Positions 1 to 11,689 are shown, numbered from the whole stretch's first letter. The stretch: DNA of 60,411 nucleotides, filler included, from Squatina squatina (GCA_031763465.1; 3 parts of 3 records of this genome joined end to end with filler, not necessarily neighbours in it), one strand, 5' to 3'. A program made the numbers and translations. The notes: generated by a model from the sequence alone, not told the origin.

Positions 1-459
1 GATCGAGCACAGCCAGCAATCACAAGCGGAATTTATGTCAGTAAATATTTAACCTGAGGTAGATGTATAATTTTGTACAGTACTTTTGGATCAAAAATAT
101 TCACAAGCCTGTGACGCTCTCAAAACATTTTCAGCATTTTCCAACTATCTAAATAATCTTTGGGAAAGATGCAGAAATGTAATGTCTGTCGTCTAAATTG
201 CAGGGAAATTGCAGCGAACCCTACTGTACATGAAAGAAAGCTGTTTCTAGAAATATTTGCTGGGAAATGTAACTTGGTTGAGATAATTTGAAATGCTTAA
301 ATCTGTCTAATCCCGATTGCTTGTCCCAGCGGAGTTAGGGAACTGATCATCCTCTCACCACAAACCACATCTGTGCGTTTTCTCCCCATAGACTTGCATG
401 TGCTTAAAATTCACATTATGCACTGGGCACTCCTATTATTCTGAACTGTGTTTTCACAG

Positions 460-561
460 GAAGCTTTGGAAGATCGTTTAGAAAAGATCAATCGCGATCT
501 AGGATCGATCCGTATGACNNNNNNNNGGTTTCATGTTTTACGAACTTCTGCAAATTTGTAA
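460..561 (+). CDS. MPHOSPH9: M-phase phosphoprotein 9, terminal coding exon
   Basis: Acceptor ttttcacag, then EALEDRLEKINRDLGSIRMT-xx-RFHVLRTSANL* (8 N inside, frame preserved). Matches the recalled human C-terminus EALEDRLERINRELGSVRMTLKKFHVLRTSANL and lies upstream of PITPNM2 as in human. Confidence 0.92.
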   Translation, partial: EALEDRLEKINRDLGSIRMXXXXFHVLRTSANL

Positions 562-1040
562 ACTGTTTGCCATTCTTTATTTGACCAGATCATTACTTGC
601 ACTAAACTACATGTGTATGCACAATTATCACTGGCAGAAGGCGGGTTTAGTTTGGATCATCTCGGACTGAATGATGGCCTTAATATGTATATCTATATAT
701 TAGAGGTCACACTGTTGTATATGTAAAGCAAAACATTCTGTGCCTTTTTTAGGAAGTGTAGCCCATATCTCACAACTAGTTTTGTTATTAAAAATTGGAA
801 CCAAAACCCATACAAAATATATTTTAGTAATGTTTAGAGAGTGCACAATATCTGTACTTTTGTAAATGATATAGACCATATAGAAGTTAAAACGTGCATT
901 AAGATGTAAAATGTCTGTTACAATATATTTTGCAGACTTGGGATGTTTGTTTCTGAGAAATTTTTAATATTTTATATTTGAAGTTGAATACATTTTCTTG
1001 AACTAATTTTTTTAAAAAAATATATAAAAATGCAGTATTG

Positions 1041-1081
1041 AATAAACTGATAGGCCAGACTTGTTTAATTGTTACAATAAA
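1041..1081 (+). terminator. Candidate polyadenylation signals of MPHOSPH9 (AATAAA at 1041-1046 and 1076-1081)
   Basis: Two AATAAA hexamers at the end of a ~500-nt AT-rich stretch after the stop codon. Confidence 0.5.
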
Positions 1082-1704
1082 GTGTCTAAGTTCAGTGAGG
1101 ATATCTCTGAATGAAAAGCCACTTATTTACTTTTTTTTAGTAACTGCAACAAGTTTCAGATGGGAGCTATTAGCTAAATTAGCCAGTTAGCCGCAACATA
1201 ATGTCCCATCCAAGTACTTTGGCTAATCTCTCTCACCTGGAATCTGTTTATTGGTGGACAAGTAAAGCAAGAGATTGTTGCAACATGAACCTGTCTCTTA
1301 AAGAATAAATAAATAAATCAATAAGTATAAAGAGAAGGGGAGGGAAGTGTCAAAAAGAGTAGAATTAAGTAAAATGTGATGATTAAAAGAGACTGGAACA
1401 TTTAGCTGAAAGGAAGAAAATCTAACCAGACGTTTACTTCCCCCCCCCACTACCCCCCAACTTTCTCACCTCATGTACTGAAGGTGGTGAGTCATGCTAA
1501 GGTCATGGTGGCCACCAACAGCCCTCCTGTACCTGGCACAAGNNNNNNNNNNNNNNNNNNNNNNNNNNNNNNNNNNNNNNNNNNNNNNNNNNNNNNNNNN
1601 NNNNNNNNNNNNNNNNNNNNNNNNNNNNNNNNNNNNNNNNNNGTTGCAGGAGGGACCTGTTCTTGGTGTACACAAATGTCCTGGAACCACCCTCAATGTG
1701 AAAT

Positions 1705-1810
1705 TGCCTTGCATTACAACAGTGACTACATTTCAAAAGTACTTCATTGGCTGTAAAGCGCTTTGGGAAGTCCTGAGATTGTGAAAGGCACTGTATATTT
1801 GTTCTTTGTC
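1705..1810 (+). mobile_element. DeuSINE-type SINE, 3' fragment
   Basis: cattacaacagtgactacatttcaaaagtacttcattggctgtaaagcgctttggga...gaaaggcactgtat, the same tail as the copy at 16372-16771. Confidence 0.75.
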
Positions 1811-1914
1811 AGTTGAAGTCTCTCAATCTCACTTAACTGGCCGCATAATGCTTCTATGAATTCACCATTCTTCAAAATAATCATTAGAATTGTTTTTATA
1901 TATGTTGTCCACGT

Positions 1915-2040
1915 AAAGGAGAAATTTGCAGGGATGTGGTTAAAGAGCAGGAGAATGGGACAAATTTTCAAACAGCCGGCACAGCCACACTGGGCCAAAT
2001 GGCCTCCTTCTGTGCTGAAAGCTTCTGTGATTGATTCTAG
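1915..2040 (+). mobile_element. CR1 LINE 3' end fragment
   Basis: gggccaaatggcctccttctgtgctg 3'-terminal hairpin motif, shared with the longer CR1 copies in the window. Confidence 0.65.
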
Positions 2041-3424
2041 AATGAAAATGTACACCGGGAGAAGCGCATATTGATATTACTATAACAGCTTATGAACAAT
2101 GAAACTTAATTGCTATTGTAATATTTGACACTCAAATGCAACTTTAAACTAAACGAATATCTGACATTGCTCCTATGAAGCACCTTGGGACGTTTTAATA
2201 GGTTAAAGGCGCTATATAAATACAAGTCGTCATTGTCAGTCAGTAAAAACTGCACAAATTTCACCTTCCAAGTATTCTTGTTTAGCAATAGTTTTCAAAT
2301 TTAAAAAAATCAGGGCCGGCAGAGAATAGCTCAGATGTTTTGAATGAATCAACCCTCGCAGTGCCTTAATTCCCAGTATCTCCAGAATAAATGAAGAGAT
2401 CACTTTGTTGCATTTATCTTCTTTGACAAGAACAACTGTAGATCTCCGAGTTCATCCGCACGCATCACATGCAGTGCGTGTGTATATATACCAAATGACA
2501 CAATTAAACCAATTTACACATCAAAACGGTGGACAACCCATAATATCCAGAATTACCACTGTGCTTGCAGCTGTGCACCTGAGCCTCCTTACTGATTATT
2601 AATCCCAATCACCATAACAAGATCACGTCCTTCGTGACTTTTTGTCAGTTGATTGGTTGGAGCTTTGAACTATTTGGTGAGTCAGTTAATTGCTGATTGT
2701 TTGGGCGGTAGGAGGCTGCAACCGGTCAGGTTTGAATCCAGTCCTGTCGTTCTGTCTGATAACGCCCACATAATTATAGGTTCATTTAAACAAAGTGTCT
2801 GATTAATTTGCTAGGAAAGTGAATGTGGCAACCTCTGGTATATAGAGTAAACACATTCACTATATAGGGCTTAAGAGGCCATCAATAATTGTCCTTATTT
2901 TCACAAAACTAATGAAAATTCATCATAATATTTATGCTGTGTATACAAAGAGTGTTAACGGGCCTTTCCAAATACTCCTTGCCCTTTTATGAAAATGGCA
3001 ATTAGACATAGCTCTTAACAACTGCCAGTATGAATGATGTCAATAAAGTGTTGAAACAATAACAAGGCTGTGACCGACTTGGTATACTCACTTGGAACAT
3101 TCATCCTGAATTGAATTCTTTTCATGTACACTGGTTCCCGCTGCTAGTATCAAGTAACCGTCAAAGTTCACTGGGCAGAAGGAAGCCATTCGGCCCATCA
3201 TGTCTGTTCTGGGTCTTTGTTATAAGGACGGTTATTGGTGGCCTCTCAAATCCTGTATAGTAAATGTGTTTACACTTGGAGGTTGAACCTATAATTATGT
3301 GGCCGTTATCAGACAGAACGACAGNNNNNNNNNNNNNNNNNNNNNNNNNNNNNNNNNNNNNNNNNNNNNNNNNNNNNNNNNNNNNNNNNNNNNNNNNNNN
3401 NNNNNNNNNNNNNNNNNNNNNNNN

Positions 3425-4154
3425 CTTGGGACCTCCTCTTAGTGAGGACAGACAACCGCTTGAGGCAGAGAATGTTTGGAGAAAAAGACCTCAAACCCGG
3501 CACCAAGCTCATGGTCTACAGGGCAGCAGTGATAGCTGCCCTCCTGTACGCATCGGAGACATGGACAGTGTACAGCAGGCATCTCAAAGCACTGGAGAAA
3601 TACCACCAACGTTGCCTCCGCTTAATCCTGCAAATCAACTGGCAGGATAAATGCGTCAGCGTCCTCTCTCAGGCCAACACCCCCAGCATTGAGGCACTGG
3701 TCACGCTCAACCAACTGCGGTGGGCGGGTTACATCGTCGCATGCTTGATTCAAGACTCCCGAAACAAGCACTATATTCCGAGCTCCGTCATGGCAAGCGC
3801 CTTTGAGGAGGGCAGAGGAAACGCTACAAGGCCGTCCTCAAAGCCTCGCTGAAAAATTGCAACATCCCCACTGACTCATGAGAATCCCTGGCCCAAAACT
3901 GCCTGAACTGGAGGAGAAGCATCCGCGAAGGCGCCAACTGCTTCGAGCTTCTCCAGTGGGAGTACGTGGAGGCCAAGCGCAGGCAGTGGTAGGAGCGTGC
4001 GGAAACCCATCAAACACTCACCCCATCAAACACCACCTGCCCCACCTGTGGTCAAGTTTGCGGATCCAGTATGGGACTACTTAGTCACCTCAGAACCCAC
4101 AACTCGAGTGGAAACAAGTCATCCTCGACCCCGAGTGACTGTCTCAGAAGAAGA
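3425..4154 (+). mobile_element. RTE-clade LINE, frameshifted 3' part of ORF
   Basis: TKLMVYRAAVIAALLYASETWTVYSRHLKALEKYHQRCLRLILQINW and QLRWAGY motifs typical of the RTE post-RT region; C-terminal CPTC-x12-HLRTH at 4038-4100; short (GAA)n tail. Confidence 0.88.
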
Positions 4155-4159
4155 TGGCA

Positions 4160-4430
4160 GTTTGAGAACTTGAATTCAGTTTAAAAACAAAGTCTGCAAA
4201 TAAAAAGTTGGTTTCAGCTAAAGTGAGCTTTAAGTCCAACTAGTTCACTAATGCCCTTTAGGGAAGGAAACCTGTCGTCCTTTCCCGGTCTGGGCCTACA
4301 CGTGACTCCAGACCCACAGCAATGTGATTGGCTCTTAACTGCCCTCTGAAGTGGCCCAGCAAGACACTCCGTTGTAGCAATAGGGAGAGGCAATAATTGC
4401 CAGCCGTGCCAATTCTGAGAATGGATCATA
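4160..4430 (+). repeat. Unclassified interspersed retroelement fragment
   Basis: gggaaggaaacctgtcgtcc...gtgactccagacccacagcaatgtg resembles a common shark repeat as I recall it; family not assigned. Confidence 0.45.
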
Positions 4431-4444
4431 ATTTTTTAAAAATG

Positions 4445-4605
4445 AAAGCTTTCCTGCAGACTTAGTGGATAAATACTTGAAGGAAAAACATTTGCAGGCT
4501 ATGGGGAAGGAGCTGGGGAGTGGAATGAATTGGATACCTCTAACAAAGAGCCAGCACAGGCACAATCGGCCACCTTCTCTAGTACAACATTTGATGATTC
4601 TATAA
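4445..4605 (+). mobile_element. CR1 LINE 3' end fragment
   Basis: ggataaatacttgaaggaaaaacatttgcaggctatggggaaggagctggggagtgg (LDKYLK...GYGE..GEW end of ORF2); reverse-complement similarity to 57895-58170. Confidence 0.7.
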
Positions 4606-5283
4606 TTTGCACACTTCTGCCAGTTTTTCAAATTGTCTGTGCCAGTTGTTTACCTCAGTGTGGATGGAATTGGCAAGTCAGGCGTGTAACTGGAGAGAAT
4701 TTACAACTCTCATATACGATGAGCTGTAAATCCTCTTCATGGTTAACTTTCCCTTTGTGTGGGAGGAGTAGATTTGATACAGCACAACACAGACAGTCAA
4801 GCTACCAGTGGCCTCATTAAGTCTGATTGTTTTAATTTGTACAAAGGCTGTCTTAGTATAATGGGTCTGAGCATTGGGTGGGCAGTACTGAGAGATTTGG
4901 TTTCTCATTGCTTGAAGCTTTGCAAGCAGACTTGTTTAAATCCCTGGGTTTGAAATTTTTAATTAAATGTTGTAAGAGGAATATTTGGTGACTGTATTTC
5001 TACATCATGCAGCTGAGTGTAATGAATTCAAGCTGTCCATTACTGTGATATCAATCTGCATATTGAGGTTCGCAGAAATAGTTGGAAGCCTGATTACTGA
5101 TGTGATTATTAGTTTGGATATGGGAGATGGCTACTCCCCAATATAAAGGATTTATTTTACTGGGGAATTCAGAATTGTCTGTCAATGTTGCAAGTTTTTG
5201 GTGTGAAGAGGAACCTTGTCTAGTCGGATCTGTTTATTTATCGTGACGATATTACTCGCAAGTGATGAATGATGTGATTTGGT

Positions 5284-5405
5284 GAAATAAAAGCAGAAAA
5301 TGCTGGTAACACTCAGCAGTCGGGCAGCATCGGCCTGAAATGTTAACTCTTGTTTCTCTCTCCGCAGATGATCTGTTTCCAGCGTTTTCTGTTTTTATGT
5401 TCAGA
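5284..5405. mobile_element. Penelope-type terminal repeat, two partial copies in inverted arrangement
   Basis: aaataaaagcagaaaatgctgg... on the left and ...ccagcgttttctgtttttat on the right are reverse complements of the same repeat. Confidence 0.7.
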
Positions 5406-6484
5406 ACCGGTTTGATTTTCCAACAGCAAACGGAATAATTTGGAATTACTTACTAAGGAAGGGCATTCTCGCACACAGTGTAAATAGGTTTATATAGAGC
5501 AGAGGATATATAGGCACAAGATGCCCAAATTACTATCCAGTGGCTATTCTGGCAAGTGTACAGGGGTAAGCGTACAGCATTGGATAAGGACAGATCAGGG
5601 TCAATACAGCCAAACAGCCTGCTTACGTTCGCAGCCTTGAATACAAAAAAGAGCTAATGATCCATCTAGCCTGTTCCACATAGTTATGATGCCTCATGCA
5701 TCACAGTACACACACTCCACCCACCCGGAAAATGTACTCTCCCAGGAGAGGTTAAAAACCAAGGCCAATTAGGGTTTAAAAAAACATGGAAAACTCCTCT
5801 CCATTAATAACCTCTTAGACAATCGAAATACAGGAAATCACATTGACCCTGATTTAGATTACAGGTTAGCTACTACTTGTACAAGGTGATCTCTGTCCCA
5901 GCTAGAAACNNNNNNNNNNNNNNNNNNNNNNNNNNNNNNNNNNNNNNNNNNNNNNNNNNNNNNNNNNNNNNNNNNNNNNNNNNNNNNNNNNNNNNNNNNN
6001 NNNNNNNNNCAACCTGCCTGTAATTTGCGCAAACTGTCTATTAAGACTTCAGAATAACCAATGAAGCACCTTGGCAGGAGAAACAGATTCTGCAAGGTGG
6101 AAAGTTTTAAGAGAAATGACATGGCAGCAACTACAGCTCAACACTGACCGTTTTCAGCATGAGCGGTTATCCAAAATACAATGATTAGCTGTGTTAAACC
6201 AAGGACTAGTTCCCAGGGATTAGACGAATGGAGTGAGGTGGGCGCGAGTCAGACCCTGCTTTGTGAATTCTAGCCAATAGATCACAAAGGAAGTTAAGGT
6301 GGGTGGGTTGCAATGCAACCTATAGAATTAAGAACATTATAAATATTTACTTGGAATAGTGATTAACATGCTGCTGTTCCTTCCTTCTCCCTTCAGGTGT
6401 ACTTAATGAATCACAAGCTCTGAGGGTTTGCTGGCAGCCGTTGGATTATTTTTTAAATTGTGAGCGGACTTTCCACAAGACAAA

Positions 6485-6562
6485 ATGCTTATAAAGGAAT
6501 ACCACATCCCTCTTCCCATGAGTGTCGAGGAGTATCGTATCGCACAACTCTACATGATTCAG
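6485..6562 (+). CDS. PITPNM2: Membrane-associated phosphatidylinositol transfer protein 2, first coding exon (exon probably begins at 6397)
   Basis: MLIKEYHIPLPMSVEEYRIAQLYMIQ followed by GT donor; PITP-domain N-terminus; upstream acceptor ttccttctcccttcag. Confidence 0.93.
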
Positions 6563-7516
6563 GTATAATCTGTTGGTCAGAGATTGTAACTGGCTTAGAA
6601 TTAGACAAGTCCACTGATAGTTTAACCAGCTCCTCTTTCCTGATTGGGAGATGTTCAGCATTTCTAGTGACACAGAATTGGTTCTAGTGAGTGTGGCAAG
6701 GTGAATGTTTCCCAGCGTGACATTTACAAGAAAAGTGTTCCTTATCTCCAGACCTGTCACTGTGCAAGTCTTGTCCTGTACACTTTTTTGCATAACAGAA
6801 AACGACCGTTGAGATATGATCTAAACCGCATCTGCATGTTGTAAAAGAAGTCAATTCTCAGAATGTAAGCTTTGTAAAATAGCGCTGCATTTGAACCAGA
6901 AGTGACAGTTAAGCTGACTGCTGAAACAGATATTCTAAAGTAGTCAGACAGTCAGTGAAGCTGGTGTTCTGCTATAGATTGCGCTTGAAGATTAAAGGAC
7001 AAATATTTGCACAGGGCTATGAGTAAGCTAGGTTCCTATTTATACATCTTATGTTACCAAAGCCAAGGTGAGTGTTGCTTCTAATGTAAATTATTTTCAA
7101 ATATTCTGCATATAGATGACATACTGCATGATTTGCATAATTTATTAAAAATTTGACAATTTTTATTTAAAAAAAGTTATGTATTCATATCATTCTTGAA
7201 ATGTAATATCCTGATGGCAGCTTTTCTATGTTTGGCTTTCATTTGCTTAAAATCCAATAAACTTAGACACTGAATATCCTGTGTGCAGTGTTTGTGCACC
7301 AAGCTTAATTATACTCTCTCCCACATTTTTATTGAATATTATTGAAGTACAAGTTAAATCAGTTTCTCAAATGTCAGATATAATTACACCATATGGCTTT
7401 CTAGTCTTCAGATTAGNNNNNNNNNNNNNNNNNNNNNNNNNNNNNNNNNNNNNNNNNNNNNNNNNNNNNNNNNNNNNNNNNNNNNNNNNNNNNNNNNNNN
7501 NNNNNNNNNNNNNNNN

Positions 7517-7712
7517 TGTCCCATTCCCGCTCTCCTCTCTCTCTCCCTCCTGTCCCCTTCTCTCTCTCCTCCCTCCCACCTCTCACATTCACTATCTCCT
7601 ATCCCATTCACTATATCCTGTCCCACTCTCTCTCTCTCTCCTCTTTCTCTCCTGTCCCATTCTCTCTCTCCTCTTTTTCTCCTGTCCCATTCTCTCTCGC
7701 CTCTCTCACTTT
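7517..7712 (+). repeat. CT-rich imperfect tandem repeat (~30-nt unit ctcctgtcccattctctctctcctcttt)
   Basis: Repeated tgtcccat/tgtcccac + (ct)n units next to a gap. Confidence 0.85.
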
Positions 7713-8229
7713 TGACTTACCCTGTAGCTGCTGAGTGACGGAACCACATCCCTACAGTCTGAGGGGGTCACGGTATAGTGGCTCCTGGGGAACTATAGTC
7801 TTTCAGATCAGAAATGGACTCCTGTACATGTACATTTTGTTTAGACCAGACCACACCACATTGTGTAGAGACAGATGGCAGGGTGGGGATTGGGAAATGT
7901 GGGGGAACCAGAAACTGAGTAACCTGTTTTCAGTCCCACCTGTTTGTTGGGAGGACGGGGGTTGATGTTGGAGCCAAATTTTGAGGTAATTCTGTGAATA
8001 TTTTAATTGTTTATTAAATAATGCTTTTTATTTCTTTTTGAGGTACTCAGTGCAGAGGGTGAGGAAGTGTTTGCTGGATGTAACATGCAAATTCACTCGT
8101 GCTGGAATTGCGTAGAATTTTTTTGACAGGTGATGGAGATAAAATTCAAATTCGGGTATTTTACATGATATGATTGGTGGATAATAGAGAATAACCCATG
8201 AGAAAGGAGAAAATTAATGTCCTCTGAAG

Positions 8230-8500
8230 TGGACGTAAAGATCCCATGGCACTATTTTGAAGAACTAGAGGGGAGTTCTCCCCGGTGTCCTGGCCAATAT
8301 TTATCCCTGAACCATCAGCACTGAAAACAGAAGATCTGGTCAGAATCAAATTGCTGTTTGTAGGAGCTTGCTGTGCACCTATTGGTGCCACGTTTCCTAC
8401 ATTACAACCGTGACCACACTACAAAATAGTACTTCATTGGCTATAAAGCTCTTTGGGATGTCCTGAGGTCGTGAAAGGTGCTGTATAATTGCAAGTGTTT
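8230..8500 (+). mobile_element. DeuSINE-type SINE, core and tail (a second tail at ~8660-8730)
   Basis: gatcccatggcactattttgaagaactagaggggagttctccccggtgtcctggccaatatttatccct core plus the L2-like tail. Confidence 0.8.
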
Positions 8501-8984
8501 TTTTCACCTTTTTAAGTCCATTTGCAAGAAACACAAATCTGTTTATTCCTATGTCACTGGTCCAACATGAATTCAACTTCTGTCTGTCCCCTTTCCCTCA
8601 CCTAAATCCTTTGCATTCGCTCCACGATATCCCATATCTTGATATTTGGGAGGGAGCACAGCATTAATTGGCTGTAAAGCTCTTTGGGATGTCCTGAGGT
8701 TGTGAAAGGCGCTATACAAATGCAAGTCTGTCTATCCTCTGTTTTAATTTTTTTCTAAGGTGGGGCATGAAATATTTCTATTTTCGAAGACGGAAGCAGT
8801 TTCATTATTTTGAGTTTTGCGCGAATTATACCTTACAGAGCATGAGGAGAGCTCAGCTCTGGGCGCCATGGTTACCAGTGACGGCATGCAGTGTAATGTT
8901 GACAATGATTTGTGTGCAGTGTTGCTGTGTGACTGAGACTGGCCTGAGCTCAATGAACCAGAGATGGGTTGCTGATGTAGTCAC

Positions 8985-8998
8985 GTTGTCATAGCAAC
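8985..8998. promoter_or_regulatory. RFX X-box motif GTTGTCATAGCAAC
   Basis: Close match to the palindromic X-box GTTGCCATGGCAAC; second weaker site GGCGCCATGGTTAC at 8862-8875. Function not shown. Confidence 0.45.
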
Positions 8999-9635
8999 AG
9001 ATGCTGGTCCAGCAGTGTTCCTATATCTGTGATCGAGCTGCTTCCTATAAATAAGCATGCCAAACAACTGTCCTGAAATAGCAATTGAATGTTCTGATAT
9101 GCAAAACACATTTGATTGAATCAAAGATGAAATTAATTCCTTCTTAAAATGGTGAACCTAACATTTGATGGAGTAATCAATTCACAAATAGATTGAGAAA
9201 TTCAGAATTTATTGTTTTGACGTCAGCATTCCCTCGCATTCCCCACTCCAGCCATAAAAGGGTGTGCTGTCTGTCAGGTAAATGCTGCACTCTGCGCGCT
9301 ATCTTGCCTGGAATGCATTGATCATAAAAGGAAATGCTGGAAGGCAGAAGTGCTGAAAGCAGGCTACTAGTAATGAAATAGCTGTCAGAGCCAATAAAGG
9401 AATAGGATCGGTCACAGTCTGCAGGAGTGATTTGATCCGTGGAACAAGACCTCGAGTCAAGCATCATTCCTTCTCCTCACTGTGTAAAACAACCTGATTT
9501 TTTTAAGTGACTATCTTTCACTAATTTCCCCCGCTTCAGTAATTATAACCTTCAATAACTCCCCCCTGTCACTTCACACATGGGAAATAATTTTCTGATT
9601 TTATAAAAAAAAAAGGTAGGTGAGTTGCCTGTTTT

Positions 9636-9885
9636 GAAATAAAAACAGAAAATGCTGGAAATACTCGGCAGGTCAGGCAACGTCTGGAGGAACAGAGTTA
9701 ACGTTTCAGATCGATGACCCTTCGTCAGAACTGGAAAAGGTTAGAGATGTAACATGTTTTTAAGCAAGTGTAGGGTCAGGGAAAGTGGGGGAGGGGAGGA
9801 AAGAACAAAAGGGAAGGTCTTTGATAGGATGGCAGGCCGAGGAGACAAAAGATGCAAGGCAAAAGGAGATGGTAATGGGGGACAC
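9636..9885 (-). mobile_element. Penelope-like element terminal repeat, longest copy
   Basis: Same repeat as at 27796, 29661, 32460, 42385 and 45232, extended by a purine-rich segment. Assignment to Penelope-like elements is inferred from the hammerhead motif. Confidence 0.65.
9696..9732 (-). ncRNA. Minimal type I hammerhead ribozyme motif, intact core
   Basis: Minus strand AGUU-CUGACGA-AGGGUCAUCGAUCU-GAAAC-GUU-AACU: all core nucleotides present, stem I AGUU/AACU, stem II hairpin, palindromic loopless stem III, GUU cleavage triplet. Confidence 0.7.
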
Positions 9886-10489
9886 AATATTTTGCTTTTG
9901 CCTGTTTTGAAGCCTGATCTTGATATTCTGATTTGGCTGTTACAGGTTAACTCATCCACTTCTGTATCTCTCTCTTCCTCCCTCTGGGGAAGAGCATTGC
10001 CTGAGATTAGCTCTTCATTCAATTTACTCAGATGGCGTTCAGAATTCGCTGTGTGGAAGTCACAGGAGAGAACCTGCATTACAAAGATCACACATAACTA
10101 CAGATAAGGAAGACTATTAGCTAGTTGAATCTGCTCTAGAAACCTACCCAGCACCTAATGCTCTCGAATGGCTCAAATATTTTCCGCCACTCCCATTCCA
10201 GCGCGAATGTCCCAAGTGTCGACCACTCAGTTTGAAGTGCTTTCTGACATCAGTCCTGAACTCGCCGTTTACCACTTTATACCTCTGTCACCTTGTCCTG
10301 NNNNNNNNNNNNNNNNNNNNNNNNNNNNNNNNNNNNNNNNNNNNNNNNNNNNNNNNNNNNNNNNNNNNNNNNNNNNNNNNNNNNNNNNNNNNNNNNNNNN
10401 CAAGTTCCACCAACAAGCCTACACCATGTGAGGCAAAAGCAACAGTTTTGAGGCTGGCCTATTGTGCGAGCTTGCCAGCTGGAAGTTTG

Positions 10490-10610
10490 CTTATCGGTAT
10501 TTGCATTGTAAACAGTGACTACTCTTCAAAAGTAATTAATTGGTCATGAACTACTTTGAGTGCCCCAAGAATATTAAAAGGTGCTATAAATGCAAGTTGT
10601 TTCTTTCCTC
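10490..10610 (+). mobile_element. DeuSINE-type SINE tail
   Basis: aacagtgactactcttcaaaagtaattaattgg...aaaaggtgctataaatgcaagt. Confidence 0.7.
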
Positions 10611-11133
10611 TTTCTATTTAAATAGAAGAATTTGAATTTTCTTTGCTCCAGGGAACATTAACTGATGATGCAACTCCCTGAGAAAGTAACGTGAGAAATT
10701 TGAATAGCAGACTTAATTGCAATGCAAACGCAGGCAGGCAAGCCACCATACTTTGAGTTTTGGCAGTTAACCTCACCTGTTTCCAAATAAGGCAGGGAAC
10801 AGTTGCTCCACCCAAAAGGGCATACACCATCCATGTCTGGACTTATCCTTACAACCTCCATTTCATGCTTTTTCAGCCTAAGAATCACTGTTCACTCCTG
10901 GGTACTTGGCAAGCTTTACACAGCTAAAGACTCAGTTTTCTTCTGCTTAAACTTGCTAACATTTCAGACATACCTCCAAGGCTAAACAGCTTATCGGTAG
11001 TGTTTTGACTGGAATTAGTTTTACTCTTCAGGTTGAAGGTCTACTGCAACTCTTCAAATATGACTGACTTTTGCGCTGCATTAGAAATAAATAAGTCACC
11101 TAATGTACTTACTTTGTGCCTCTTGTGTACCAG

Positions 11134-11360
11134 ATCCCATTGATATTGTCAAAGACCCCATTCCTCCAAATGAGTACAAAACAGAAGAGGACCCAAAACA
11201 GTACAAGTCTATCAAGACAGGAAGGGGACCCCTATCTGATGACTGGATAGAGGAGTGCAGAAATAGGCCTGGGAAAATGCCAATTATGTGTGCGTACAAA
11301 CTCTGCAAAGTAGAGTTTCGATACTGGGGAATGCAGTCCAAGATAGAGCGATTCATCCAT
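11134..11360 (+). CDS. PITPNM2: PITPNM2 internal exon (PITP domain), 3' end lost in gap
   Basis: cag acceptor, then DPIDIVKDPIPPNEYKTEEDPK...RGPLSDDW...IMCAYKLCKVEFRYWGMQSKIERFIH. Confidence 0.95.
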
Positions 11361-11593
11361 NNNNNNNNNNNNNNNNNNNNNNNNNNNNNNNNNNNNNNNN
11401 NNNNNNNNNNNNNNNNNNNNNNNNNNNNNNNNNNNNNNNNNNNNNNNNNNNNNNNNNNNNTGTGCAATATAATCAAAGTCGACGTACAATGTAAAGTTTT
11501 GATTATATCGCCACTTTTTATCGGTTACTCTTTTAGCAACATACTAGAATTGATGGTTTTGTTTTCCTCTAACAACATTTCTTTGTTTCTCAG

Positions 11594-11689
11594 CAAGTCC
11601 TTCGCGTCACAATATAGCAGACTGGCGGATGCAGAGTATTGCTCGAGATTCTGATGACAGCTCGGATGATGAATTCTTCGATGCACAAG
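11594..11689 (+). CDS. PITPNM2: PITPNM2 exon containing the FFAT motif
   Basis: 96-nt AG/GT exon: SPSRHNIADWRMQSIARDSDDSSDDEFFDAQ. An acidic tract plus EFFDA is the canonical VAP-binding FFAT. Confidence 0.95.
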
